DNA of 64,000 nucleotides, from NCBI RefSeq assembly GCF_000315625.1, contig NW_005434657.1, positions 21,539-85,538 on the forward strand, given 5' to 3'. A program made the position numbers and the translations under genes. Positions 10,137 through 21,175 of the stretch are shown piece after piece. Each line of letters begins with the position of its first letter. The stretch's first letter is position 1. Under the pieces are notes generated by a model that saw only the letters and a program-made list of their open reading frames with translations, was not told the DNA's origin and ran no database searches. Source of the stretch: Guillardia theta CCMP2712. Taxonomy: Eukaryota; Protista; Cryptophyta.

Positions 10137-11450
10137 CCTGAAGATTGGAATAAACGCAAGGGGAGATGTAAGACAGGGAAGATGAAACGCGAAACATTAG
10201 AAAATGCGTCCCAAAAGTAGAAACCGACCTTGAAAGGACTTCTTAGTATTCTGTTTCGAAACGAGGACTACTCTCATAGCGTCCAAGTTCACTGCTGAAA
10301 TCGAATCAGCAAACCAAATTTTGGAAACGCACTGCTGTATGACCTGGAGGTGGCCGCCTGTTCGGAGCAACATTTGCCGTTGATACAACAACATCGTCTG
10401 GCTCTGGAATCGATGGATTAAGGATCTTACAAAGAGTCGGAACTCAAATTGTATACCAGCTTCACAAATGTGTGGCCCAATTTCACTCTGTCTCCATTTG
10501 CCATTTGGAACTGATATTATCTTGCAGAGCGTCACGTTCACACATCAACAAGAAACGGTTGTCTTGTCACCTGGGTTGACATCTGACTACCTTTAAAACT
10601 AGGTAGTAGCCGCATTAGCGCAGGATTAACAGTGACACATGTGCCATCTGAAGTCAAGAGAATTTAGTAACACATCAGGTACAAAGACTGTCAAGGACCT
10701 AGCCGCAGAATTGCAATACCGACACCAGCAGACGGTACTGATAAAATCTGTTGCACAATTAACATTAAATTCACGTAGGGCTCATGACCACCTCTTGAAA
10801 TGAAATATGGTTCGGATCCTGCGAATTGCCAGCTCCCCCAGATCCCATGCTTCCGCTGGAGGAGTCGTTTGTAGAACCATCTTGCGATTTATTCGTGGCA
10901 TTTTTGATCGCTTCAATACAAGCCTGCTCTAAATGTGAGAAGTTTTGACATGATAATGATGTAAACTGACCAGCAAAATTTGATTCCTGCTCTTTTTCTT
11001 TTGATAAAGTTCTTCATCTTCACCCAACTTGTGGGCACACAATAATTCAGCATGAGAGTTACTTTGAAATCCTCTCACCTGCACATTGCCTACGGGACGA
11101 CCACCAGGAATTATATGTTCTAGAGCCTGTTCTCGCCTGTCATTAACTGCAAGGCACGAAACAAAGGCAAACCGATATTAGTTCTGCCGTTTTTTCACGA
11201 TATCTCCTTTGTTTCGCCATAATTCAGCTGCAAATGTGCTACTTTCGACTGTTAAGGATTTCAGGTCATACTTTTGTAATTTCAAATATAAAACCACACC
11301 GTGGGAGAATCAGAGTTCCTACTGAATTTTGATTTTGAGCATTACACTGTCTGCACTGAAAATTAGTCACTCTTGTATCAAATCAAACTATTAAATGTCA
11401 TTTCCATCAACATAATTGACCATGGATGTTCAACTACATGTGCATGGCAT
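8349..11450 (-). CDS. Multi-exon hypothetical protein with Cys-rich segments
   Basis: Chain of minus-strand ORF fragments (8349-8537, 8498-8866, 8773-9069, 9243-9566) with GT-AG boundaries and Cys-rich exons near 9800-10000. Limits approximate. Confidence 0.45.
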
Positions 11451-12561
11451 GGGGGAAAGAGCCAATCCAATTTGGGAAGGATGAGACTGACATGGAGGAT
11501 GAGAATGATATAAAGCGGGTTGAAGATGAGATGAAGGAGAGAAATAACAAAGGATTTCTGGTCCAGTAGTTGTTAAGCTCTGGCGTGGAATGCGAAAAGC
11601 AAGAGGTAATCATGTAGTAGGCTGAGTGAGGAAAAAGAGGAGGGAAAATACAAAGACAGCATTACAGGCAGGAGAGAGGATGGTGAAGGCAAGGGAAGAA
11701 GTAAGGAGGGGGAGGGGGAAGGGGTGAGTAGGGAGTAATTGGTGGCTGTATATGCGAAGAAGGCTGACAATTTTGAACAAGACTGAGTCGAGCATGACGC
11801 CGAAGCGATGGATTGCCGCGGGGCAGATGGGGGGTGGGTAGGTATGTGTGATAGGGTGGGTGACATGTTGAGATTGGACAGGGGTAGGAGGACTGCGGGT
11901 ATGGAAATCACGGGCAAATCACGGGGTGGTGCGCTGGTAGTACCATGGTGGTTGTAGGAAAAGGTGGGTAGTGATGATGAAGTGATGGTTCTCAAACAGT
12001 TGATGGTGAGGTGATGGAAAAAGGTGGGGTCCTTTGGTCTTGGAGGTGGGCATACACCCCGTCGCTTTAGGGTGAAGCGGGGGTTGTGAAATGGTAAAGA
12101 AGGCAAGTCGAATTGGAGGGTAGGGTAGACGTGGAGTGGCAGTCTGGACGCAGGATGAAAGTAGGTGGGGTTCTCTAAAAGGTAGGGGTAGGGGTATAAG
12201 ATCGAGGGTTGTCGGGGGGATGCATCTGGTCACGATTTGAATCATGTAACGGGAGTAGCATTTGTGTTGGGTGGGGGAGGGGGTTCGAGAAACCCTCGAA
12301 AACATCTAGAACACTGGGGGTAGGGTGTACAGATGGTTGGGTGGGGTCAACGAGGTCACGATTTGAAACGGTCTTAGGAAAGCTATGACAAAGGGCATAT
12401 GTAACAACAAGATACGATACTAAGACCAAGGAGGTTGGTACCTGCTATCACCCTCTGGTAGGATGGGGAGGTAGGGAGGGAGTTTAGGGGAATGGTGACC
12501 CTACCTACCCATATATCCCCCCTATATTTACCACAACACCGGTACTGACATAGCGCCGGGG

Positions 12562-13608
12562 AACAGGCCCATGACTTTGAGTAAACCATTGGACTTTTTA
12601 CTCAAAGTTAAGTTAAAAATCAGGACGAGGACCATGACTTCTGCTGCGGTTTGGAGGCCGGGTCGGGGTCGGGGGTACTAGTCTGAGTAAAAAGAGTCTC
12701 GGACTCGAGTCCGACCTTGGGGCGACTCGAGTTATTATCAAGTTCACAGGCTGATGATTCGAGTCTGCGGCCCGGCCGGCCCGGCGGTCCGGTCGGCGCG
12801 GCCGCCGCGCGGAGTCCGATCCCTTTTACTCAAAGTCCGATCAATGCGGCCCGGCGGGCCCTTGAAGAGACGACGGTCTTTCATTTCAGTCCCGCCGGGG
12901 CGGCCGGTCACCGGGCACCGGGCATTCGGCCCATATCATCATGATCGGGATCCGGAGCCTCCGAGTCCGATATGGCCGGGCCGCCGAGTACCGGGCCCCG
13001 GCCCCGGCGGCGGACTCCGGCCCGCCGGACTCGGGATGCGTGCCGTGCCACCCGCCCGGCCCCGGGCCGCCGCCGCCGCACGGTCACCCCGATCCGACTC
13101 GCGCCCCCCCCCGGCGGCCCCCGCCGCCGCCGCGTGACTGCCGCAAAAAAACGGTGATTTTATGTAATTACTCAAAAATCATTTCTGGTACAAAAATTCA
13201 AACCAGGCAGCCCACCCCGCCCACTGTTTGAAAGAACTGAGGTACCCCAATTGATGCCCGTGACGGATCGGACGCCGGGTGTGCCTGACTCGCCTGCGGC
13301 CTGCGCCGCACCGGGGCCCGGCCGGCGGGCGGCAGCGGGCGGCAGCGGCATAGCCGCCGGGCTATGCCGCTGGGGGCCCCGGCTAGCCAGTGATCACTAG
13401 CCGGGGGCCCCGGCTAGTGATCGGCGGACTGGAGTACCGGCGGCCGCGCGTTCCGACCGCTGGACTCTCATCCGGCGGTCAGAACAAGGTCACGGTGCCG
13501 TGACAACTGGCGGCACAGTGCACAACCGCCGCCTCCAAATCACTGACGCGGCCAAGTTGGAACGGACTCGAGCCGCCGCCTTCAATGTTTCAGTGCCGCA
13601 ACTTGCCA
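12562..13608. repeat. GC-rich palindrome-dense island beginning with the TTTACTCAAAGTTAAGTTAAAA family motif; appears to resume at 20201-20620
   Basis: Motif shared with 26493 and 27078; palindromes or hairpins at 12699-12714, 13343-13372 and 13392-13422. Confidence 0.6.
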
Positions 13609-14058
13609 TGATGGAACGTATGCCAGCCGTGCCAGTCAGATAGCGCCGAGTTAACAAAAACTCTCCTGTAAACCAAGACGACTTACGTGGCAGGCGGCCA
13701 ATGTAGCGTATGGGACGAAGAGGGGGTCTTTCCTAGCCGTCTTGCTAAGGTCCTCTCATGTCTGGATGCTTGGGTTTCACATCCTAGTGTTGTATCCATG
13801 AGGATCCGGAACCACGGATACTCGTCGGATACTCTGCCGGATATTCCCTATATAGGCGGACGCATCTCGTGCGGACGGCCTCCTGAATGTCCCCCACTTG
13901 CATGCACAGTGAGTGTGGTGGTTGTGCGTAGTTTACCTCCTAGTAAACTTAGAGACTTCTATTTCCTGCTTCTCAATCTCCTTCATCCTTACTTTACTCG
14001 TGTCGTTGACAATCTCTGTGTTGTGTATACAACATTCTGGAAGCGAAGTGGTTGATTC

Positions 14059-15597
14059 ATGACCTCGAAACAAGGAAGAGGAGGAAAGAAACCTCAGCCG
14101 GAAAGGAGCCCTCAACCTCGATCTAAGCAATCAGGAGCATTTCAAACAGAAATTGCTGAAGAGAGTTCTGAGGAAGAAGTCGAATGGAGCGAGCGGCTGC
14201 AGCTGCAGCAGCAGCAGCTTTCTCCGAGTCAGACCAGTGGATCTTTGACTCAACCTTATAGGGATGGAGTACAACGTGAAGCGCTGTCTAGCGCGGATCA
14301 ACGGGCCCGAAACAAGAGGGATACTCCCTTGCGAAGTATTCTGCGATCAGAGGAGGCAACTCAGAGAGCAGCCTCCCCTGCAACATCGGTACGTCTGCCA
14401 AGCTCGGAAAATTTTTCATCCGACCCCGTCATGTCCTCGCCAGTGGCGCAGGACCGAGCTCTTCTCCTTCTTCGTCGAATGTGTGCCCTCCTGGCTGACA
14501 CCATGCAGGACGAGCGTTTCCACATGCTCGCCAATGCTGCAGACGAATTTGCGACAGCCGACGCTGCTGCAACACCAGAGCTCCCGCATCTCGCACGGAA
14601 AGTTACCCTGCAAGATGCTAATGCTGATATCTATTCAGCTGAGGAATCAGCTAGCGCTGAATCCTCTGATCAGGAACCAGTCCTCTCCAATCGGACTCTC
14701 GTGAATGTGCTAACGAACTCCAAGAGTTTCAATTCCAGCCGCATTCCGATGTACAAAGGTTTTGCTGATCCCCGCTCTGTCGAAGAATTCCTTCGTCAGT
14801 GCAACCGCGAATTAATCGCTCAAGAGATCCCAACTCGCAAATGGGTGAAGAGCATCACGCCGTTGTTCACCAACGAAGTGATGGTGGTGGTAGAACGTAA
14901 GTACGGAAAGAGTCTCGAGGCCATCAACAAGCTTAAATGGGATGAATTTTCAACTCATCTAAGTTCGTGTCTAGCCCCAATGCGGCAAGCCAAGAATTAT
15001 CAGACTCAGCTTGATCAGCTCAAGCAGCAGCCCAACGAATCCGCCTGGGCGTACTTGACTCGCGCCACGACACTCTTCGCAACGCTCGAATCGCAGGTAG
15101 GGTCTGCCATCCTGTACTTCAACGATCAGCCACTCCGGAAATTCATCAAGGGATTTTCGCATACGCCGACGCGCACGTCTATCCACACATGGTTTACGAT
15201 TTATCGCAGTCAGTACGGACACGGAGAAGACATGTTCTCTCGCCTAGTCACTTTCATCACAGCTCTTCTGGACGATGGTGAACCGCTAACAGTGTCTAAG
15301 CAGCCTAACTCAGCTGCTGCTAACGCTGCGCAGACCTCTTCGCACACGAAGGCCAAAGCCAACGGTGGGCAGAACAAGAAGAAGTCCAACGGTAAAGAAA
15401 ACCAGCGCAAGCAGAAGTCCATCCGTTGTTTTTACTGTCAAGAACCGGGTCACATCAAGCCGGACTGCGAGCAGTACAAGCGCGAAGTCGCTCTCCAACA
15501 GGAGCGCCATGAGAAACTCATGGCAACCCAGCATGAACAGCATGTTCAGCTTTTAGCTGCTCTTCAACCGCTCGCGACGCGTGCGGGAAACGAGTAG
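14059..15597 (+). CDS. gag: Retrotransposon Gag with CCHC zinc knuckle
   Basis: Retrotransposon capsid-like region (IPMYKG..VEEFL..WDEF..LKQQPNESAWAYLTR) and CFYCQEPGHIKPDC (CX2CX4HX4C). Confidence 0.92.
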   Translation: MTSKQGRGGKKPQPERSPQPRSKQSGAFQTEIAEESSEEEVEWSERLQLQQQQLSPSQTSGSLTQPYRDGVQREALSSADQRARNKRDTPLRSILRSEEATQRAASPATSVRLPSSENFSSDPVMSSPVAQDRALLLLRRMCALLADTMQDERFHMLANAADEFATADAAATPELPHLARKVTLQDANADIYSAEESASAESSDQEPVLSNRTLVNVLTNSKSFNSSRIPMYKGFADPRSVEEFLRQCNRELIAQEIPTRKWVKSITPLFTNEVMVVVERKYGKSLEAINKLKWDEFSTHLSSCLAPMRQAKNYQTQLDQLKQQPNESAWAYLTRATTLFATLESQVGSAILYFNDQPLRKFIKGFSHTPTRTSIHTWFTIYRSQYGHGEDMFSRLVTFITALLDDGEPLTVSKQPNSAAANAAQTSSHTKAKANGGQNKKKSNGKENQRKQKSIRCFYCQEPGHIKPDCEQYKREVALQQERHEKLMATQHEQHVQLLAALQPLATRAGNE

Positions 15598-15930
15598 CGG
15601 CGGCAGGCAACGAGAGGGGAGCATCACTTGCTCCTCCTGCCGCTGGTCTTTGCCCCAGCCCTCTCTTACCAGGTAGCAGCGCTTTACCTCCTCATCGGAG
15701 CTCGCTAAGCCATTTCGTGCTGCCGCCTGATCGGAACGCGTCGTGCTCAACGGCCGCGTCCCTTCCTACGGGTCAACTACATGTTTGCCCCTGCTTAGCC
15801 CTCAGCCGTGGCGACGCCTCCGCGCCGCTTCAGCTCGCCTTACCCGATCTTATTCGGCTCCCCGTTAGCGTCAGCTCTTCCCGAGTTCATGCTCACCAGA
15901 CCGTTGCCCTGCTCGATCACGGCGCGAACA
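15585..15930 (+). pseudogene. pol: pol remnant in the -1 frame, ending at the aspartic-protease active-site motif
   Basis: The -1 frame is open from the G GGA AAC slippery site (15585) to ..TVALLDHGAN, where the inverted LTR begins. Confidence 0.75.
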
Positions 15931-17199
15931 CAACACAGAGATTGTCAACGACACGAGTAAAGTAAGGATGAAGGAGATTGAGAAGCAGGAAATAGAAGTC
16001 TCTAAGTTTACTAGGAGGTAAACTACGCACAACCACCACACTCACTGCCACGGTGCATGCAAGTGGGGGACATTCAGGAGGCCGTCCGCACGAGATGCGT
16101 CCGCCTATATAGGGAATATCCGGCAGAGTATCCGACGAGTATCCGTGGTTCCGGATCCTCATGGATACAACACCTAGCATACAGTCTATCTCTCATGTGC
16201 TCCTCAATTCTGGTTTTGTGTGCATTAAACTCGGTCTTGAGCAAAAACTGTCTTGTTACAACTAAGGTCGATGTGATATCTGCGTGACTTTGGACTAGTA
16301 CAAGTCTAACAAACTTGTATTCCGTCGGTTATGAGCCTCGATTACATGCTCAATCATGTTGATCTTATATTTGGTTAGTTGAATTGTTTACTGGAGTTTT
16401 TTCTTTCTTGGTATTGTTTTCCGTTACTGTTGAAAAATTCATGCAAATTCTATCAAGCTTTACACATTCGGATGACTCCTCTCTTCAATCAGGCTCTCTT
16501 TCTAGCCGCAAGTTGTTTAGGCCTCTCATCTCAGCCTCAATTTGTTTGATTGATCTTCGAATAGGAAAAAACAAGCCTTTCCCCAGCCAGATTGGTCGGT
16601 CGAATATCTGCTTAACCGTGTGGAAACGCACTTGAAGCTGATTCGATTCTTATTTTCTTGATCTTTGAGTAGGACTCCATAGCGTTGCTTTTCCGGCCGG
16701 GCGCTCATAGGAAAAATTGGCAAGATTTTTTTTTTTTCGAAGGGCCTGAGGGGTCCCTTCATTTCATGCCATGTGGGAGTACCCTACTTTGAGAAGGCGT
16801 GTGGGAGGGTACTCGCTCTTAGGAAAATCGTTGCTGCGCAGGGCCAAAGAGGGGTAGGGTGATTTGAATTTGGTTGCTTGGACACCTCACCACGCCAAAC
16901 CAAAGTAAAAGTACGAATTTTAGAAGTATCTGTGGTACCAACTTAATATTGCAGCGTTTATATGGTACAAAACGAGGGCCAAACTGGTCGGAACTTCGAC
17001 TTCCGAGAACCCCTCCGTTTGACTTTCGTTGGGGGGTGGGGTGGGTATGGAGCACCCTCAACTACCCACCTTTGAACCAGTTTGAAACTCTGTGATAGGG
17101 GGTGGGGGGTAGCCCCCATTTCTCATTCCCCAAGCCCCCTCTCCCTGGACGAGCAAGAGGCGATGAAATGGTGCCTTCCTGACTCGCGAGGATGAACCT

Positions 17200-19017
17200 T
17201 GATATTGAGAGACTTCGAATCTAACCCAACTGAGATAGGAATGAGATGAAGATCTCATATCATACCTGTAAGAGATGATCGAGCTTCTTTCTCAACTCTG
17301 CAGGTTGGGCCAAGGTTTGAATCATCCATCGTGTACTGATATATGCACCCTAGGTACAAACAATCCGCGTGTGTACTTGAAAATATTCCTCAAAGACAAG
17401 ATGAAATTTTCATGAACAGCTAAGCAACTAATGATAGATTCACCATTGAACAGAATCAACTCTGATTGACCCTTCTTTCAAATTGCCGTAGGTTGAACGT
17501 TGAGCTCAAATGCATGATTTGTGAGAAATTTGTATCAAACTGTACCTTAAGCGACTTTGCTGTCTAGATATGTGTTCTCATGTCATCACTCACTTTCAAT
17601 TCTTCTAATCTTACGGTCAGGATTCATGCACCTCACTTTTCTATAGAGAAAGCTTTACATGCTCAACCGTTCAATGATGCATGAAGAGACGTTTGCACAA
17701 AGGATTTCTTTACCTGCTAGGATAGATGACTTTGAATCATCGTTGTTGATCATGAATCACTATACCCATGATCAAGTGCATTGACAATTGCATTTCCATG
17801 TTTCATGACGTTGGATGATTTTTCTGTACTGCAACTAAGTTCTTCCTCTGTCATGACATTTCCACAACGCTGCAGAAACCTAGTTAGAAATGAAACAATG
17901 TGCAGATGAATCTGATATCAATAAATGAGATGTTCTTCGAATCAATCCTGCCTTGTTTGGACAGTTCGCAATGCTACCATGCAACAGTAGAGTTCTTGTC
18001 GCATTTGGCTCTACAGAGGGGTGCCTTGTTCAACAGAGCAAGCACTCGATGATTGTAAACGAACCACAAACACTGTGAATCAATAAACAGAATTCCACAT
18101 TCAGGTGATCATATCTTTATTACAAGCGTTTCAATCTGGGTAAAAGCACAACTGACCTCCTTGTAATCCTGACGACGTTCCATCTTTTGCCTGGCGAAGT
18201 TATTTCTGTGTTAACCAAGAAGCATGTGACATGTAGCCACATCATAAATGCTGTACGGCCTGGAATATCAGCATCTTCAAAGTGCTCGTGTTTGCTGTGA
18301 CCGTATCATCTGCTTGGCAGCGGCTCATTGATGGACACACGATCTGATGCAAGTTCACACCAGTAATATTTAGATGATGCATCATGTGATCAAATGGCAT
18401 AGACTTTGGTGATTTGCAACATGTTTCATCGTTCCAACACATCCTTGAAAACCGGATGAAGAATCCTTCACGAACCACTGGACTTGCTTGTTATCATTCG
18501 ATAGTGCTGTGGACCATCGTGGTTTCAAGCAATCGAGCAGCTCACTGCTAAAATGCACTGTATTTCTTGCGAGCCTATCAGCCATCATCGTGAAGACATG
18601 TGTTCTTGAGCTCACTGGTGACTGTACGGCTTTTGAACAATCCAGTCACCGTCGGATGATGATTCCCTGTCGTCTTGTGTGTAATCTCCATCCATCTACT
18701 CCAACTCAGTTTCCCTGTCATGCATCGCAGATAGCTTAGGGTATTTCACAACCCGGTTTCGATTGCAACGTATCCCTGTGATGGTGATTTTCACTTGTAT
18801 TATTGATGCTCTTCGCTCACCAAACGATTTTTCGTGAGATCCACGCACTGTACGAAGCACTCCTCAAGGATCATCATCTCTACACCTCAGGAATTTCCCA
18901 TGAGGAGGTTCGGTGAACATCTGATGTCTGCACACGCTGCCGCGGGCTCGCTGTTTGCGAGCCATGGTTAGGGCAGTACAGAGCGGTGCGACGTGCCCCG
19001 AACAAGGGGAGGCTCAT
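17200..19017 (-). CDS. Putative intron-rich cargo gene, antisense within the Copia element
   Basis: ATG 19017 gives MSLPLFGARRTALYCPNHG..WEIPE, followed by repeated ~40-50-nt GT..AG intervals on the minus strand. Product not recognised. Confidence 0.35.
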
Positions 19018-20753
19018 GGCGTGTAGAGAGGTCGTTCAAACTTGTTTATAAAATTGTACCATAAGAAGGCTCTACAAATTAGTTAGTAGACTACCCCATG
19101 ATCTCAGTGCAACTTCTGGGGTGCAGCCCTACTTCTCTGTTTATACTCAACCATTCCACAATACAGTTTAAAATATCTTTTTGGAAAACAACATCAGAGT
19201 TATAAACCTGAAATTTGAACCCTGTTTGAAATCCTCAAACACGCCACCCCCCAATCCACATAGAAAGCAGACCAACCCCCTCACGGGAAAACATACAGCC
19301 CAAAGCAGAAAAAGCAAAATGGCAACGCTATGGGAGTCAAATGGAACTACCAGGAGATCTGGCGGAAGTTTTCATGTCATGGAGCTAGGCTGTGGCATGC
19401 ATAACTGGAGCTACTTCTGGATCGGCGAACAAGGTACTACTGCACAACAATCTTCAGATGCCTTGAAACGGATGTTCCAATCTCGCGGCAGCAATCTCTG
19501 GTCACAAGTTCTTTACGGTTCAAAATTTATCTTTTGGTCTTCAAATGCCGGCGGGCACGCTCTCTCTCTCTCTCTCTCTCTCTCTGTTATCTGAACTCCG
19601 AAGTTCTCTCCTCAGACTCTCTTATCTTATCCTCCTTCTCTCGTCATTGCATCAGCTCGCCAGGCATCTCCCTTATCTCTGCACTGCACATCTAATAGCC
19701 CTGCATGAAAATCTTCTTCAGAATGGACAATCCTTGAATGGTTATTGCCCACTCAGCATGACTGTGAACTTGACGTTGTATCGTCGTATCTTGACTTGGA
19801 TCTGCTGACATTCTTGTTTGCGTGACTTTCTGACGTCCGATGTAACGTACTATTTCAGAAACTCGGGGGGAGGATGGAACGTATGCCAGCCGTGCCAGTC
19901 AGATAGCGCCGAGTTAACAAAAACTCTCCTGTAAACCAAGACGACTTACGTGGCAGGCGGCCAATGTAGCGTATGGGACGAAGAGGGGGTCTTTCCTAGC
20001 CGTCTTGCTAAGGTCCTCTCATGTCTGGATGCTTGGGTTTCACATCCTAGCATACAGTCTATCTCTCATGTGCTCCTCAATTCTGGTTTTGTGTGCATTA
20101 AACTCGGTCTTGAGCAAAAACTGTCTTGTTACAACTAAGGTCGATGTGATATCTGCGTGACTTTGGACTAGTACAAGTCTAACAAACTTGTATTCCGTCA
20201 CAACTTGCCCGGCCCTGAATCAGGCTCGCGGCGGCAGCCGCGCACTGCATCTGAGGCTGAGACTCTGCACCGGACGGTCACGCCGGGCCGGGCCCAGTAA
20301 GCCCGGGAAGTTGGAGTCTGGTCACAAGAAGCCTACGGTTCTTTATGTTTCACGGTTCAAAATAGTTAACTTTTGGTCCGTCTTGAACTCGTCAATGATT
20401 TGACGCCCGGCCAGCAGTGAGGCTGGCCGGGCGGGAAAGCTTCTCTCTTCACTGAACCGTGCCTTATCACTTATTGCTGGCCGGTCCGATCTGTGAACGG
20501 AGTTACTAAGTTCTCGGAGGCTCGGCAACGCCCGTCCGACGGTCCGTCAGGAGCCGCGGGGCCGCCACCGGGCCCGGCGGCCGGGCAGTGACCGTACCGG
20601 CTCGGCTCAACAGGGTCGGAGCCCACAAAGACTACCCCTGATTTATTGGGAAGGTAAATGGGGGGTCCTACAGGGTGGTTCTATATCCGGTTGATGGCGC
20701 CAGAAATGTCGCATGATTACTGCAACAGCTGTGCAGGAGAGGAAAGAAGGGGA

Positions 20754-21175
20754 AGAGAGATCAGGGCAGAAAGATCTGGCAGACCAGGGGAGAGAGATCA
20801 GGGCAGAAAGATCTGGCAGACCAGGGGAGAGAGATCAGGGCAGAAAGATCTGATAGACCAGGGAGAGAGATCAGGGCAGAAAGATCTGATAGACCAGGGA
20901 GAGAGATCAGGGCAGAAAGATCTGATAGACCAGGGAAGAGAGATCAGGGCAGAAAGATCTGGCAGACCAGGGGAGAGAGATCAGGGCAGAAAGATCTGGC
21001 AGACCAGGGGAGAGAGATCAGGGCAGAAAGATCTGGCAGACCAGGGAGAGAGATCAGGGCAGAAAGATCTGATAGACCAGGGAAGAGAGATCAGGGCAGA
21101 AAGATCTGGCAGACCAGGGGAGAGAGATCAGGGCAGAAAGATCTGATAGACCAGGGAGGAGATCAGGGCAGAAAG
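20754..21175. repeat. ~30-31-bp minisatellite (GAGAGATCAGGGCAGAAAGATCTGGCAGACCAGG and TGATAG variant), about 14 copies
   Basis: Directly visible tandem array. Confidence 0.95.

Larger units (their letters stand above)
13788..16172 (+). mobile_element. Nested Ty3/Gypsy-like element with inverted LTRs, gag and truncated pol; 5-bp TSD CCTAG
   Basis: LTR 13788-14034 (TGTTGTAT...ATACAACA). 15928-16172 is its reverse complement. CCTAG lies at 13783-13787 and 16173-16177, and occurs once at the empty site in the other Copia LTR (20046-20050). Confidence 0.9.
13609..20200 (+). mobile_element. Non-autonomous Ty1/Copia-type LTR retrotransposon (LARD/TRIM-like) with 329-bp LTRs
   Basis: 5' LTR 13609-13787 + 16178-16327 matches 3' LTR 19872-20200 except at the inner terminal bases. 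Outer ends TGATGGAA...TTCCGTCA. PBS GGTTATGAGCC at 16327 (copia half-tRNAiMet type). PPT GGGGGGAG at 19865-19872. No gag-pol ORF inside. Confidence 0.85.

Noticed and set aside
12717-13231. Pro/Ala/Arg-rich ORFs
   Set aside because: Expected by chance in very GC-rich DNA; no motifs.
13687-14055. ORFs 13687-14055, 15917-16180 and 19950-20138 as a gene family
   Set aside because: They are translations of LTR sequence.
14035-14058. Specific tRNA PBS for the inner element
   Set aside because: TTCTGGAAGCGAAGTGG cannot be assigned to a tRNA without the host tRNA set.
13788-16172. DIRS1 element or DNA transposon with long TIRs
   Set aside because: No tyrosine recombinase or transposase. TG..CA LTR ends, 5-bp TSD, gag knuckle and protease motif point to a Gypsy-type origin.
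20658-21146. 162-aa repetitive ORF
   Set aside because: Minisatellite translation.
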